From contig CM059432.1 of the NCBI GenBank assembly GCA_030390025.1, positions 118,546,001 through 118,610,000 of the forward strand: a stretch of 64,000 nucleotides of DNA. Direction: 5' to 3'. Source of the DNA: Squalus acanthias. Its lineage: Eukaryota. A model generated the notes under the pieces. The model was not told the DNA's origin and searched no databases. It saw nothing but the letters and a program-made list of their open reading frames with translations. Below are positions 35,500-47,317 of the stretch, piece after piece; positions within the stretch are counted from its first letter, which is position 1; each line of letters opens with the position of its first letter. A program made the translations under genes and the position numbers.

Positions 35500-38400
35500 T
35501 GTATTGGAGAAAAGGGAGTTAGGAGGTAAATTAAAAAATAGGACCTCAAAGGTAGTAATCTCAGGATTGCTACCAGTGCCTCGTGCTAGTCAGAGTAGAA
35601 ATAGAAGGATATTTCAGCTGAATACGTGGCTAGAGGAATGGTGCAAGGGGGAGGGATTCAAATTCCTGGGACATTGGAACCGGATCTGGGGTAAGTGGGA
35701 CCAGTACAAACTGGATGGTTTGCACCTGGGCGGGACCAGAACCAATGTCCTAGGGGGAGTGTTTGCTAGTGCTGTTGGGAGGGTTTAAACTAAAATGGCA
35801 GGGTGTTGGGAACCTGTGCAGGGAGACATGGAAAGGGAAGCAAGGATAGAAACAAAAGACAGGAAGGAGAAAAGCAAAAGTGGAAGGCAAAGAAATCAAG
35901 GGTGTAAATCAAACAGGGCTACAGTAAATAATAATTCTAAAAGGACAAAGAGTGTTAAAAAATCAAGCCTGAAGGCTTTGTGTCTTAATGCGAGGAGCAT
36001 TCGTAATAAGGTGGATGAATTAGCTGCGCAAATAGATGTAAATGGATATGATATAATTGAGATTATGGAGACATGGCTCCAGGATGACCAAGTCTGGGAA
36101 TTCAACATCCAGGGGTATTCAATATTCAGGAAGGACAGGAAAAAAGGACAAGGAGGTGGGGTAGCATTGCTGGTTAAAGAGGAGATTAACACAATAGTAA
36201 GGAAGGATATTAGCTCTGATGATGTGGAATCTGTATGGGCAGAGCTGAGAAATACCAAGGGGCAGAAAACATTAGTGGGAGTTGTATACAGACCCCCAAA
36301 CAGTAATGCTGAGGTTGGGGATGGCATTAAATGGGAAATTAGAGATGCGTGCAATAAGGGCACAGCAGTTATCATGGGTGACTTGAATCTACATATAGAT
36401 TGGGCTAACCAAATTAGTAACAATACTGTGGAGGAGGAATTCTTAGAGTGTATACGGGATGGTTTCCTGGACCAATATGTCAAGGAACCAACTAGAGATC
36501 AGGCCATCTTAGACTGGGTATTATGTAATGAGAAAGGATTAATTAGCAATCTTGTTGTGCGAGGCCCCTTGGGGAGGAGCGATCATATTTTGATAGAATT
36601 CTTCATTAAAATGGAGAGTGAAGTATTTGACTCAGACACTAGGGTCCTGAATTTAAATAAAGGAAACTACGATGGTATGAGGCATGAGTTGGCTAGGATG
36701 GATTGGGGAGCGTTACTTAAAGGGTTGATGTTGGATAGGCAATGGCAAACATTTAAAGATTGCATGGATGAACTACAGAATTTGTTCATCCCTGTTTGGC
36801 ATAAAAATAAAACAAAAAAGGTGACTTAACCGTGGCTAACAAGGGAAATTAGGGACAGCAGAAGATCCAAGGAGAGGACATATAATTTGGCCAGAAAAAG
36901 CAGCAAACCTGAGGATTGGGAGCAGTTTAGGATTCAGCAAAGGAGGACAAAGGGATTAATTAAGAGGGGGAAAATAGAATATGAGAGTAAGCTTACAGGG
37001 AACATAAAAACTGACTGTAAAAGCTTCTATCGATATGTGAAGAGAAAAAGATTGGTGAAGTCAAGTGTAGGTCCCTTGCAGTCACAAACAGGGGAATTTA
37101 TAATGGGGAACAAAGAAATAGCAGACCAAATAAATACATACTTTGGTTCTGTCTTCACAAAGGAGGACACAAATAACCTCCCAGAGATGTCAGGGAACAT
37201 AGGGTCTAAGGAGAGGGAGGAATTGAATGAAATCAGTATTTGTAGGGAAATGGTGTTAGGGAAATTGACATGATTGAAGGCCGATAAATCCCCAGGGCCT
37301 GATAATCTACATCCTAGGGTACTTAAGGAAGTGGCCCTAGAAATAGTAGATGCATTGCTGGTCATCTTCCAAATTTTTTTTGACTCTGGAACAGTTCCCA
37401 TGGATTGCAGGATAACTAATGTTACCCCACTATTTAAAAAAGGTGGTAGAGAGAAAACGGGGAATTATAGACCGGTAAGTCTGACATCGGTAGTGGGGAA
37501 AATGCTAGAGTCCATTATTAAAGATGTAATAGCAAAGCACTTGGAAAACAGTGACAGGATCGGACAAAGTCAACATGGATTTAGAAAAGGTAAATCATGC
37601 TTGACTAATCTACTGGAATTTTTTGAGGATGTAACTGGTAGAATAGATAAGGGAGAACCAGTTGATGTGGTGTATTTGGACTTTCAGAAGGCTTTCGATA
37701 AGGTCCCGCATAAGAGATTAGCATGCAAAGTTAAAGCACACGGGATTGGGGGTAAGGTACTGTCTTGGATAGAGAACTGGTTGGCAGACAGGAAGCAAAG
37801 AGATGGAATAAGCGGGTCTTTTTCCGAGTGGCAGGCAGTGACTAGTGGGGTACCGCAGGGATCGGTACTAGGACCCCAGCTATTCACAATATATATAAAT
37901 GATCTAGACGAGGGAACTAGATGTAATATCTCCAAGTTTGCAGATGACACAAAGCTGGGTGGGCGTGTGTGCTGTGAGGAGGATGCAGAGAAACTCCAGT
38001 ATGATTTGGACAGGTTGGGTGATTGGGCAGATGCATGGCAAATGCAGTATAATGTGGATAAATGCGAGGTTATCCACTTCGGTGGCAAAAACAGGAAGAC
38101 AGATTATTATCTGAACGGCAATAGATTTGGAAAAGGGGAAGTGCAACGAGACCTGGGTGTCCTTGTGCACCAGTCGCTGAAGGTAAGCATGCAAGTGCAG
38201 CAGGCGGTTAAGAAGGCAAATGATATGTTGGCCTTCATAGCGAGAGGATTCGAGTACAGGAGCAAGGATGTCTTGCTGCAGTTGTACAGGGCATTGGTGA
38301 GACCACACCTTGAGTATTGTGTGCAGTTTTGGTCACCTTATCTGAGGAAGGATGTTCTTGCCATGGAGAGAGTGCAGCGAAGATTCACCAGACTGATACC

Positions 38401-38874
38401 TGGGATGGCAGGAATGACGTATGAGGAGAGATTGGGTCGATTAGGCTTATATTTGCTAGAGTTTAGAAGAATGAGAGGGATCTCATTGAAACTTATAAAA
38501 TTCTAACAGGACTAGACAGACTAGATGCAGGAAGAATGTTCCCAATGGTCGGGAAGTTCAGAACCAGGGGTCACAATCTAAGGATAAGGGGTAAGCCATT
38601 TAGGACTGAGATGAGGAGGAATTTCTTCACCCAGAGAGTGGTGAACCTGTGGAATTCTCTACCACAGAAGGCAGTTGAGGCCAATTCATTAAATATATTC
38701 AAGAAGGAGATAGATATATTTCTTAAGGCTAAAGTGATCAAGGGATATGGGGAGAAAGCAGGGACAGGGTACTGAATTTGGATGATCAGCCACGATCTCA
38801 TTAAATGGCGGAACAGGCTCGAGGGGCCGAATGGCCTATTCCTGCTCCTATCTTCTATGTTTATATGTTTCTAT
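35500..38874 (+). mobile_element. Nearly complete CR1/HER1-like LINE (end of ORF1, full ORF2, 3' tail)
   Basis: ORF1 C-terminus VVISGLLP..NTWL..DGLHL; ORF2 with APE endonuclease (CLNARSI, ETWL, GDLN, SDH) and RT (GVPQGSVLGP, FADD); (tttctatg) tail. Confidence 0.95.
35795..38775 (+). pseudogene. LINE ORF2 endonuclease/reverse transcriptase, disrupted
   Basis: In-frame stops at 36827-36829 and 37271-37273 and a frameshift near 38475. Confidence 0.9.
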
Positions 38875-39322
38875 GCAACGGCCATCTGTCATCTCTGTCG
38901 CGGAGGTGCGAGACTCTCCGCATACCCAACTCTTGAAGACTGCAGGAAGAAACAAAGGTAAGTAAACTTTTTCTAACACTTTCCACTTACCTCACATACT
39001 CACCTCTCCACACTTGCACCCATCAATTACCTTCACAGAGCACTTTTGCACCCCTCCAACCCCCGCAGACCCACTACTTGCCTCGGTGACCCTGGCCGGT
39101 TTTGGAGCCTTCGGGATGCCCGCACTTGTGTGGGCAAAATGGGGATCATCCTCTTATCTGCCTGTTAACTTCCTGTTAACAGGCAGTTAAGTGGCTGTAA
39201 TCCCTTCCCGCCTCCAAGGAGACGGGACCCGGCACGGGACGGCTACCCGCCTCCTGGCAAGATGGCACCCGCCCCCAAATTCTGCAATTTTCCACTTGTC
39301 ATGGGTTCAGTAACTCATGGGT

Positions 39323-39418
39323 TCTTAAGAAGGATAATAGACCCAAAATGTTAACCCTGCCTTCCTCTCTCTGCAGATGCTGGATAACCTGCTGAGTGTT
39401 TCCAGAATTTTCTGTTTT
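39323..39418 (+). mobile_element. Solo Penelope-type terminal fragment with degenerate hammerhead and 12-bp TSD
   Basis: Homologous to 5031-5125; flanked by TAACTCATGGGT at 39311-39322 and 39419-39430. Confidence 0.75.
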
Positions 39419-39430
39419 TAACTCATGGGT

Positions 39431-40724
39431 GGGCTTCATCTTCACTTGGTCTCCCTCTTCATCATCCCCTCCTTGGCTTCATGATCCTCATAGTCAATGA
39501 TGAAAAAGTTTTATCACTACCTATCTTCTTCCGTCTCCTTCCCATCTTCTTCCTCAGCCTCTGTCCCTTGTTGATGTGATGGATCTGGAGGAAATGAGGG
39601 TCGTATATGGAAATGATGCGCAAAACCTTGAGAATAAGAAGAGAGAAGGGTTTTGAGGCTTGGGTCTTTGTACTGTTTCACAGGAAAATTGTGGTGAAAT
39701 CGTAGTTATGCACCCACTAACCTGGTGCCAACGCGGAGCCACCGATCTCGCCATCTCCCACAGGTAGAGCAGAGTGCCTCCCTAAGAGCTCCATGACCTG
39801 CTCCTCGTATGGATTGAGCTTTTTAATGTCAAGGATGCCCCCTCTGGCTCCTTGCCTCTCATGGACACTGCATAATTTCCCCCGCAACAAAATTGGGTGA
39901 ACTAGCAATTGAGGGCTGTCTCCCCAATGCAATCGAATGTAAGAGATCTGCTGGTATCACCCTGGAAGGGCTTTTAATGTTCTGTGTGCAAGTACCGTTA
40001 GGGGAGATGCTGACACATACTGAAAAACCCCAAGTTAATTGTCCCATTAACCAGACTGCAGTGTGAAGGGTTAAGTGTACAGCTCTTAATTTTAGAAGGT
40101 GAAGAGTGTGCTGGTGCCCAAGGTTGAAAAGGGAGAGTGGCCAGTATGTTACCTTGCCTGCCTTTTGTCAGGTCATTGAACACTGATATGCAGCTCTGAA
40201 GGTGAGTGAGATTTGGTACTCAGTGTCAAAGCCATCTCCCTCCACATGACACAAGACATCTTTTTGGCAGCTTCCTTCCATTCAGTCACATTCTCCTCAG
40301 CTCAGTTTCCTCAAGGAAGCTTTCAGTAATGCCCGCTAAAATTATGACCTCTTCTTCTGTTGCCTTTTGCAATGCCCTTTTCCTTTCTTTGTCTATCTGG
40401 CACAAAATCATACAGGAACCATCCATTCAAGCTACTTGACTGAATTCCAACCCAAGCACTTTGCTACTTGTTTGCTGCTCCCCCAGCCTGCTACTGAAAT
40501 CTTCAGCCAGACTTGCCTTTTTAAGGTTGCACCCTAATTTCCAAGCACCTTCAGCAGAGTACTCCCATTTTATATGGGATTTGCATCAGAGAACTGCCAA
40601 TCGATATTTAAGTGAACTGACCTGACACATTTTGGTGGATTCAGCTCTGCAGTGCATCAGTGGGAGGAAGTCCAGACTCACTGGTGCAAATCTGGCCCAA
40701 CTCACAGCGTGGAAATTTGGGGTC
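39431..40724 (-). mobile_element. Decayed Harbinger right end with Myb/SANT exons
   Basis: - strand FNDLTK..K|GTAACA, LNPYEEQVMELLG..VGDGEIG and donor CAG|GTTAGT; terminus GGAAATTTGGGGTC. Confidence 0.65.
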
Positions 40725-41003
40725 AAGATGTCCAAGTTTGCAGAGGATATTAAATAAAGACCAAATAAATAATGAAGAACACTGAAAACAGGTTCGAAAT
40801 AATTTGAATGTTTTATGCAACAGTGCCAGTAGACAACAACTACAGTTCCCTGGAAACAAATGTAAAATAATTAGTGTAGGAACAAGGGAGCAAATAGGGC
40901 GTATAGAGCAGTCAGACAAGATCATTGATACCAGAGTATAACTGTAACGGTACTGGATTAGGTTAGCTGAGGGTTAGATACAAGTCAGAAAAAAAGAGAT
41001 GTT

Positions 41004-42067
41004 GGCCAGAATTTAATTTGGAGGCGGGTAGGGAGTGGGGAGTGGGGGGTTGTTGGAAAGCGGTCGGGAAACCCGGGAAAACGGCTGGCTGTCGGGCGGA
41101 TAGACCTGCAACACTAGGCTGCAGAGAGGAGGGAGGGAGGGAGGGTGGTCGGAGGCTGGAGGAAGATTGGGGGCGGAGGAGGATCGGGACCAGAGGGGGG
41201 AGGCAGGGAAGGCGATCGGGGGCCAGAGAGGGGATGTCGGAAGGACGGAAAGGAGATCGGGGGTTGGAGCGGGGAGGTCGGAAGGAGGGGAAGGCGATCG
41301 GAGGCCTGAGGGGGGAGTTCGGAAGGACGGGAAGGCGATCGGGGGTTGGAGCGGGGAGGTCGGAAGGAGGGGAAGGCGATCGGGGGCCTGAGGGGGGAGT
41401 TCGGAAGGACGGGAAGGCGATCGGGGGCTGGAGCGGGGAGGTCGGAAGGAGGGGAAGGCGATCGGGGGCCTGAGGGGGGAGTTCGGAAGGACGGGAAGGC
41501 GATCGGAGGTTGGAGTGGGGAGGCCGGAATGCCAGGAAGGTGATCAGGGGTTGGAGTGGGGGAGGTCAGAGGCCAGAGGGGGGATCGGAGACCAGAGAGG
41601 GGATTGGAGGCCTTGGGGGGGGGGTGGGGCGATCAGAGGCCTGGGGGGGCGGGGGGAGGTGGTGGGAGGTCGGGGGAGATTGCAAGGTTCGGGGGTGGAG
41701 GGGTCCGATTGTCGGATTGGCGAGGCAGGGACGCTGGATCCAACAGGTAAGTGGAAAGGCAGATACATCCTGGATCAAGCTGTCCTTTCTTCCGTTCAGC
41801 TGGCAGGTTCCCTGAGCCAGGTAAACCAGCTCGCCCACAGTTAAATTTGAAATGGCGGATCGCCATGAGGCACGCCAGCCTCCTTATAATATTTCAAATG
41901 TGACCTGCCTCTTGCGATCAGGTTGGCTGCCTGCCCCCCCGTCCTGCCTCCTTTAAAATTGGAAGTGGGCGGGTTGGAGGCGGAATTGGGTCGGGATTGA
42001 GTTTTTTAACTCTTTAACCTGCCACCCGACCCCAACCCACCCGCTTCTTGGGGTTAAAATTCCACCT
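41004..42067. mobile_element. Harbinger-type MITE containing a G-rich minisatellite
   Basis: Imperfect TIR GGCCAGAATTTAA / TTAAAATTCCACCT; flanks GTT/GTT; GGAGGCGG(G) subterminal motifs. Confidence 0.65.
41180..41720. repeat. G-rich tandem array with an 82-bp higher-order unit (two 41-bp subunits)
   Basis: Units start at 41259, 41341, 41423 and 41505; degenerate copies on both sides. Confidence 0.9.
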
Positions 42068-42319
42068 GTTGATTCTGTACAAGGCACTGTTTAGACCCCA
42101 TCTGAAATATTGTATGCAGTATTGATTCCATAATCTTGGAAGGATAACATTGAAGATGCACTGCATTGGATAACAAGTATAATACCAAAGGGATGGTTTT
42201 CCTAATGAGCACTCCTAACCTGCCACCTTGAAATGAATGCGAAGTGGAAATAAAACAAAATCTGAGAAAATTGGTAATAAAATGGAACTCTTTCCCCCTT
42301 TCCTGTTTTATATATTTGT

Positions 42320-42608
42320 TCTTGCAATGTGGGCACTGGCAAGACAGTATTTATTGCCCTTCCCTTCGTTGCCCTGAGGATATTAACACACCGTGATCAA
42401 GTCCAGTTCAGACCAGGTAGGGGTGGCAGGTCATCTTCTCCAACGGACATTCCTGAACCAGTTGGGTTTTCACAACAGTCCTGTAGCTTTCATGGGCATT
42501 TCCTGCTGCTGGCCCACAAATTGACAGATTTATTGAATTCAATTTCACTAGTTGCCATGGTAAGATTATGAACTCTCAACCTTTAGTTCCGTGATCACTA
42601 GGCTACCA
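42320..42608 (-). mobile_element. Diverged SINE family X copy
   Basis: Reverse-complement similarity to 3544-3902. Confidence 0.6.
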
Positions 42609-42699
42609 TATCTATTAAAATCAGCTGCAGATTTAACCAATTCATATTCAGTTTCTGAATTCAAGTTCAAAACAAAATCCCGAGAGCACTCAGTACTCC

Positions 42700-43050
42700 A
42701 CCCCCACCCCTTCCATCTTGACATAATTCCTTAACAAATACCTGTTGTTTCCTGTCCTTCAGACAGCTCCTTATTCTCTTTGAGGTTTTGCCTTGAATTC
42801 TACACTATTTTCAGCTCTTTTAGTTGCCTTTCATGAGTAACTTTATCAAAGGCTTTCCGGAACTCTAGGTAGACCATGTCATATTGTTTTACATAGCCTA
42901 CTTGGTATTTCTCTTCATCAAAAAAATCAAGAGGTTGGTCAGACAAGATCTTTCCCCTCTGAAGTCTTCTGTTGGTTACTAGTTAATGTACTATCATCAT
43001 AAAAGTAATCCTCAAGTTTGCTCCTGATAATTGATTCCATTGTTTTACCA
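42700..43050 (-). mobile_element. Old CR1 RT fragment
   Basis: - strand encodes CLTNLLxFFDE..MVYLEFRKAFDKVTH-like sequence. Confidence 0.6.
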
Positions 43051-43145
43051 GTTATTGATATAAGACTGGTGCATCTGTATTCCCATCATAGACATATAAA
43101 GTAGATATTTCTTTTATTGTATTTAGGCATAAAGGATCATCAGTG

Positions 43146-44195
43146 CAATAGCAAAATGTTGCGGATGATGGATTCCGAAACAAAAACAGAAAATGCTGGA
43201 AACTCTCAGCAGGCCAGGCAGCATCTGTGGAGAGAGAAACAGAGTTAATGGGCCAGAAATTCGGGTCTCCACGGGTGAGTACGCGCTGGGTACTCACCTG
43301 TAGACCCAACGAAAGTGCCGGTTTCGCACATGCACTGCACATGCACTGGAAACCGGAACTTCACATCCCCTGAAGGAAGGGTTCAGAGGTCGAACACGTG
43401 CGCCGGAGAGGCAGCGCGCACGCAGCGAACTTCGTTTTTTTTTCCAGGTTTCTCCGTGAGGGTAAGTACGGAGAAGCTGCGCAGGCAAAAAGGAGGCGCA
43501 AGGCCTGCTTTTAACAAGGTAAGTGGTGAATTAAGTACAATTTAAACATTTTTTCAACAGGTTTATCTTGTTTACATACTTTATAGCACCCTTAAAAAGT
43601 GTAATTAATTTTTTCAAAAATGTATATTTTTGTTTAAAGTAGTTAATTTATGTAATTTATAGTTATTTAAAAAATGTGATTTTTAAAAATTATTTATTTG
43701 AAGTTTTAGTGAGGTTTTGGGGCCGATCTCTATTCATAGGTCTTCCTGTCAAAATCTAGGAATGGAGATTCCCTGCTCCAATTGTCTCTCCATGGCCCAT
43801 GTGATCCCAGGGGACGCTTCGAACTAACTGCGCCCCTGGGATACGCAAGCACTGCGCGCCGGCAGCTGCAGGAGGCCCAGGAGCCGAATTCCATGCGGGC
43901 CCGAAGCACAACGGCAGGCGCGGTATGTAAGTACACGCACGATTCTTGCACCCGCGGGAAGCCGGAGAGCCAAATTTCTGGCCCAATGTTTCAGGTCGGT
44001 GACCCTTCGTCAGAACTGGAAAAGGTTAGAGATGTAACAGATTTTAACCAGGTGCAGAGGCAGGGAAAGTGGGGAGGGGAGGAAAGAATAAAAGGGACGG
44101 TCTGTGATAGGGTGGAAGGCAGGAGAGATTAAATGTTGCAAATGGGGATGGCAGAATCATCAACAGCTGCCGCCTGAAAAAATAGGCGCAGGGGA
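43146..44195 (-). mobile_element. Penelope-like terminal region interrupted by a family C MITE
   Basis: Reverse-complement homolog of ~4770-5168; intact CTGACGA hammerhead core at 44007-44013. Confidence 0.8.
43250..43984 (+). mobile_element. Harbinger-type MITE, family C
   Basis: TIR GGGCCAGAAATT / AATTTCTGGCCC; TSD AAT/AAT; empty-site homolog at 5050-5070. Confidence 0.92.
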
Positions 44196-44759
44196 TCGTC
44201 AGTGCACAGCTCCGAGGAAAAGCAGGCAGGCTCTATATTGCACATGCGACATTCCGCGACTGATTTTCCTAATTGTGCTGTGCCCAGAATATTCTTTTTG
44301 CCCAGCTACAACAAGAGGAATATCTGCCCTGTTGCCTTTTTTGAGTGTCAGCACTTCACAAATATTTTTCCTGGTGTCCTAGGAGAAATAGAATTATCCC
44401 TCAGGATTCGTCTGTCTTGAAACTTTCAAAACTATCTCATTGTTCTTCCTGTCTGAACCTATTAAGTGAGTCCTAGGTTTGAATCCCTCTTGGATAAGCC
44501 CACAACTTCCTTCTGCGCCTCAAAATTCTCCTAAAGGCCCATCAAGGCAGTCATCGCTGATTCCGTATGAGCAGCAACCCCAGTGCTCCCTCGTCGACCT
44601 TCCTGCCCAACACGCCCGCTGGGGCTAATCTCACCAACCTCTTTCCCGTTCCACTCACCCCTCCCACTACTGACCCCTGGACTCTGCCAGCAGATCAGCA
44701 ATCACCATCCCTCTTTGCATCCTCCTCCAGAATGTCCATTCACTTGCAAACAAGGTCCT

Positions 44760-45165
44760 TAGAAACATAGAAACATAGAAACTAGGAGCAGGAGTAGGCC
44801 ATTCGGCCCGTCGAGCCTGCTCCACCATTCAATACGATCATGGCTGATCATCCAAATGCAGTACCCTGTCCTTGCTTTCTCACACAGAATCCCCATCGAG
44901 CCTGCACCGACACATATCCCACCCTATCCCTGTAACCCCACATATTTAATCCCCTCCTAACACTAAGGGTCAATTTATCATAGCCAAATCAACCTAACCC
45001 GCACATTTTTGGACAGTGGGAGGAAACCGGAGCACCCGGAGGAAACCCACACAGACACGGGGAGAATGTGCAAACTCCACACAGACAGTCACCCGAGGCC
45101 AGATTCGAACCCGGGTCCCTGGCGCTGTGAGGCACCAGTGCTAACCACTATGCCACCGTGTTGCC
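44760..45165 (-). mobile_element. Full-length HE1-like V-SINE
   Basis: Nearly identical to 34916-35352. Confidence 0.9.
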
Positions 45166-45497
45166 ATCCACAATCTTATTGTGGAAGATTGCATTGACAT
45201 CATGGTCTTTACAGAAACTTGACTCACAGGCGATGACACCTTGTCCCTTCCTGTAGCTTCCCCACCTGGCTATACTTATCATCACCTGCTTCATCCTGTC
45301 CTTGTTGTGGTGGCGGTGTGGCTCTCAGAAAATACCTTGGCCTTACTGGCATCTTATTCTCCTTTGAGCACCTCATGTTTTTTTCTCTTGCACCTCCTTT
45401 AAAATCCTCATTATTCAGCGCTCACCCAAGTTCCACCCTGAGTTTTTCATCAAGATAGCCTCACTCCTTTCCTCTCAGCTTCAACACTGGGAGGGCC

Positions 45498-45585
45498 AGG
45501 ATAATTTTGACTTTGTGCGAAGTGTGGAAATAAGTCGTGTGAAAGGGGCAGCCGATTTGCTATTGCACAAAGTCAAAATTACCCG
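45498..45585. mobile_element. ~88-bp mini inverted-repeat element
   Basis: AGGATAATTTTGACTTTGTGCGA / TTGCACAAAGTCAAAATTACCCG inverted repeat inside the L2. Confidence 0.6.
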
Positions 45586-47077
45586 AAGAGACTCCTCATC
45601 TTTCGCGATTTCCACCTCCATCTCAGCTCACTTTGCCCTCATTCATCTGAGTTCACCCAGTAAAAACAATACTCTCTCCCACACTGGTCGCTCTCTCTAC
45701 TATGGCTCCCATCTTCGCTCTCTCAAGTCCAAGGGGTGCAGACTTAAATCTATCTGGTTTAGCCATTTATTGCCAAATCTGTCTGGACCACATCAAGCAC
45801 TGTTGAGCCCTGCTCTCCTCTGCCAGAACTGTTCACTAATCTAGAATCATCCTGAAAAGCAAAGATGACTCCTGACTTCTTTTCTCCTGAAACCCATTTC
45901 TCCTGCCCCTTCACCCTTACCTCCAACAACAAGTGCAAGGAGCTCAGGACTTCTTTGTCACCAAGATTGAAACCATTTGTTCAGCTGCCTCTACCGCATC
46001 CGTCCCTTCCACTTGCCACCCAAGCCATGGTTCTCCCCTGCCCTAGCCCTGAATCTACAACTTTCTCTAGTTTTGCTCCTATCTCCCCTCATGGCCTTTC
46101 CAAACTCATCTTGTTCATGAGACCCACCTCCTGCTCTATCGACCCTATTCCCACTAAACTGCTGATCATGCAATTTCCCTTCCCGGCTCTTATATTAGCT
46201 GACATTGTAAACCTCTCCTCAGGTACTGTCCCTCTCACTTTCAAAACTGCCATCATCAACCCCTTCCTCAAAAAAAACCAACTTCAACCCCTCTGTCCTT
46301 GCAAACTGCCGCCCCATCTCTAGCTTCCCATTCTTCATCAAAGTCTTTGACTATGCTCCAAAATCCATGCCCCTCTTTCCCGCAACTCCGTGTTTGAACC
46401 TCTCCAATATGGTTTCTGCCCCGGTTACAGCACTGGAATGATCATAATCAAAGTCATAAGTGACATCCTCTGTGACTATGGTGCACTATCTCTGCTTGTC
46501 CTTCTCGACCTCTCTGCAGCCTTTGACATGGTTGGCCATGCCGTCCTCCTCCAATGCATCTGCTCCATAGTCCAGCTGAGTGGGACTGCTCTTACCTATC
46601 CAATCATAGCTGAAGTATCTCTTACAATGGCTTTGCTTCCTGCCCCTGTACCGTTAGCTCTGGAGTCTCCTAAGGATCTTCTATTCCTCATCTACAGGCT
46701 GCCCCTTGATGACATTCTACATGTACGCTGACAACGTCCACCTTACCACGATCTCTCTCGACCCCTCCACTGCCTGCTTGGCTGACATCCAGTCCTTGAA
46801 GAGCCACAATTTCCTCCAATGAAACATTGGGAAGACTGCAGCCATTGTCTTCACTCATCTCCTCCCCACAAACTCTGTCCCCTTGCCACCAATTCCATCC
46901 TCCTCTCTGGCCACTGTCCCAGGCTGAAAAGACATTTTACAACCTAAGCATCCTATCTGACCCCACGCCGAGCTTCCGACCCTATATCCTCCCCATCACA
47001 AAGACCGCCTACTTCCACCTCTGTAACATCACTCATGTCCTCCCCTGCCTCAGCCCATCTATTGTTGAAACCCTTAC

Positions 47078-47317
47078 CCATGGCACTTTTTCGAAGAAGA
47101 GCAGGGAGTTCTCCCCCTTGTCCTGGCCAATTTTTAACCCTCAACCAACATCACTAAAACAGATTGTTTGGTTATTACCTCATTTCTGTTTGTGGGAGCT
47201 TGCTGTGCGCAAATCGTGTTTCAAACAGTACAACAGTGACTCCACTTCTTTGGCTTGAAGTGCTTTGAGACGTCTTGAGCTTGTGAAAGGCGTTATATAA
47301 ATGCAAGTTCTTTCTTT
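47078..47317 (+). mobile_element. 3' half of a Deu-domain SINE inserted in the L2
   Basis: Matches 6540-6698 plus 6995-7100. Confidence 0.75.

Larger units (their letters stand above)
34766..39270. mobile_element. Harbinger-type MITE expanded by nested HE1 SINE and CR1 LINE
   Basis: Termini GGGCTGGATTTTGCC / GGCAAGATGGCACCC; own sequence at 34766-34915, 35353-35490 and 38875-39270; GGAGGCGGG subterminal motifs; no matching TSD. Confidence 0.55.

Noticed and set aside
35896..38308. Long antisense ORFs opposite LINE ORF2
   Set aside because: Shadow frames of RT/endonuclease coding sequence.
41018..41866. Gly/Arg-rich ORFs and a regularly spaced repeat resembling CRISPR
   Set aside because: A pure tandem array with no unique spacers; the ORFs result from low complexity.
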